The position numbers and the translations under genes were made by a program. DNA of 64,000 nucleotides from an uncultured Verrucomicrobiae bacterium (GTDB taxonomy: Bacteria; Chlamydiota; Chlamydiia; Chlamydiales; Rhabdochlamydiaceae): positions 192,001 through 256,000 of the forward strand of contig OY970364.1 in the NCBI GenBank assembly GCA_963718565.1, read 5' to 3'. Below the pieces are notes generated by a model. It had not been told where the DNA came from and ran no database searches. It saw nothing but the letters and a program-made list of their open reading frames with translations. The first letter of the stretch is position 1; each line of letters begins with the position of its first letter. Below, one piece after another: positions 62,147-64,000 of the stretch.

Positions 62147-63356
62147 GGCTCTACTTCCTTTGTTCCAAGACCTGAGAGCGCGGCAAACCGTCTTGGCTAT
62201 CATCCATTCTTCGTCCGTACGAATGACGCGAACCGCAACGCGGCTCTTGCCGGAAGAAATTACACCCTCATTCGCACTGTTTTGCTTTTCTTCGAGTTCG
62301 ATTCCAAGAAATTCCAGGCCTTTGCAAATCCTAGCCCGTACAATAGGTGCATTCTCTCCGATGCCGCCAGCGAACACTAGCGTATCCAGACCACCTAAAG
62401 CCGCTGCGAATGAGCCAATCCATTTCTTAACCTGGTAACAGAAGAGCGCTATAGCTTCAGCAGCCCGCACGTCCTTTGCTTCAGCTTTCAGCAAGTCATG
62501 CATGTCGGAACTGGTCTCCGATATTCCGAGCAGTCCGGACTTGGAAATTGACCATTTCATTGAAACGTTTTGCATCGAATCCATCGGTACGCGCCAAATA
62601 CCAGACCAGTCCAGGATCGAGATCGCCAGAACGGGTGCTCATCGGCACCCCGGCAGTCGGCGTGAAACTCATACTTGTATCTATGGATTTGCCGTCTCGT
62701 ACGGCTGCTAGGCTCGCGCCATTCCCAAGGTGAGCAAGAATGACTCGGCCTTGTGCCGCTTCTAATCCTGCAAGGCGGCCTAATTCCCCAACAAGAAACT
62801 CGTACGACAGCCCATGAAACCCATATCGTCTCACCCCTTGCGTTTCAAAGCGTCGCGGGATCGGCAACATTTTAGCCACGCGAGGCAGGTCATGATGAAA
62901 AGCAGTATCGAAACAAGCCCATTGGGGCAAATCAGGAAACCTACGATGAAACGCCTCAACGAGCAGGATCTCCTCCGGCATATGTTCAGGATCAAAAGAC
63001 TCGAGGCTGTGCAGATCTTCAATCATTTTTGAAGTGATTCGCTCCGGTTTCCAATACTTCGGACCGCCATGCACCATGCGATGCCCTACCGCAGCCAATG
63101 CATCGTGCTGACTGCGCTGCTCGATCCAATCCATTAGGAAGCCCACTGCTGCTGTATGATCTGTCGCCGCTATCGGTCTTGAGAAATTGTCCGCCGGGTT
63201 TACACCCTTCACTCGCAAAGCAGCGTCAGGCAATCCAATCCGCTCGATTGTGCCTTCTAGAATCCGTTGAAGAGAGTCATCCACTTCAAACAGCGCAAAC
63301 TTGATGCTCGAAGAGCCGCCATTGATCGTCAGGACGCGCGATTTAGCTGGTTTCAT
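62143..63356 (-). pseudogene. ackA: acetate kinase; frameshift near 62543
   Basis: INGGSSSIK, GHRMVHGG, FDTAFH, YGFHGLS, HLGNGAS; SGLLGIS and FAGGIGEN in second frame. Confidence 0.9.
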
Positions 63357-63987
63357 GGATAGCTCCTTCGTAATTATGCAATCCAAACGAAGCTAATTTC
63401 GTACAGGTGGATTTATAATCTGTGTGAAGAATGCTTCGAATCCCCAGCCCTTCAGCGATCTCGACAAACATCGGGGTGTTTTCAATATAGAGCACCTTTT
63501 GAGGCTCCGCTTGAGCGATATCCAACGCAAGCCGAAAAATTTCCTTGTCTGGTTTGCGGATGTGGACGAAGCAGGAAGAAATAAAAGAGTCTATAAAGCG
63601 ATTCAGCTTGAACGTTCGAATCCGATACGCATTTAGTTCTCGCGCTTCGTTGCTAACCACAACGATTTTCAATCCATGCCGAACCTTGAGTTGAGTAACC
63701 ATCTCGATCATCTCAGAATAAGGTTTCGATTGCGCGAACATAAAACGTCGAAACTGAGCCCGAGTGAACGATCGCTTTTGGTAGAAGACCACTAGATTTA
63801 AATATTCTTCTAGAGTGATCTTTCCTTTCTCATAGATTTCGAAGATTAGGTGATGCCGATCTTCTATATCGGAAAACTTGAGTTTGAAGTGGATCGCTGC
63901 CCGTTTGCGGGCATGATGATCCCATCCGTTAGTGAGCAGGACGCCGCCGATATCCAGAAATAAGTGTGTGATTGCCGCATTTTTCAT
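63343..63987 (-). CDS. HAD-family phosphatase
   Basis: FLDIGGVL, SNE, KPDKEIF. Confidence 0.9.
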   Translation of the reverse strand: MKNAAITHLFLDIGGVLLTNGWDHHARKRAAIHFKLKFSDIEDRHHLIFEIYEKGKITLEEYLNLVVFYQKRSFTRAQFRRFMFAQSKPYSEMIEMVTQLKVRHGLKIVVVSNEARELNAYRIRTFKLNRFIDSFISSCFVHIRKPDKEIFRLALDIAQAEPQKVLYIENTPMFVEIAEGLGIRSILHTDYKSTCTKLASFGLHNYEGAIHETS

Positions 63988-64000
63988 CGCGTTTTTCTTC

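Noticed and set aside
62012..62584. AckA-Xfp fusion protein
   Set aside because: The ORF is bounded by frameshifts; removing one base near 62173 gives a normal ackA stop overlapping the xfp ATG, so an indel is more likely

Overview
Accessory, IS-rich region of a moderately AT-rich bacterium; the gene content suggests an environmental Chlamydiae-like organism (inference only). The main structure is a tandem array of at least four integrative elements (A-D) at the 3' half of a minus-strand tRNA with a CAT anticodon. Three 47-bp tRNA 3'-half copies (21331, 38600, 53096) each sit directly upstream of a tyrosine integrase, and each element carries its own pair of arm-type repeats. Three modules share a minimal satellite-like backbone (integrase, ORF, small Xis/AlpA-like HTH, replication gene) with three unrelated replication proteins and origin-like repeats. 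No capsid, tail or conjugation genes are visible. Cargo: an Rhs toxin with two Cys-rich immunity candidates; a GNAT, GrpB-APH(9)-GNAT, ABC, APH cassette; AlbA-type ATPase, NUDIX, CoiA-like, CsaA, GNAT and racemase genes; and a photolyase, ADH, H+-ATPase, phosphoketolase, acetate kinase cluster with several frameshifts. Left of element A is a TPP-riboswitch-controlled de novo thiamine operon that uses THI5 instead of ThiC and has a frameshifted thiG. IS3 (two types), IS701-like (three copies) and IS1634-like elements are present, some nested. Family assignments come from recalled motifs, not database searches.
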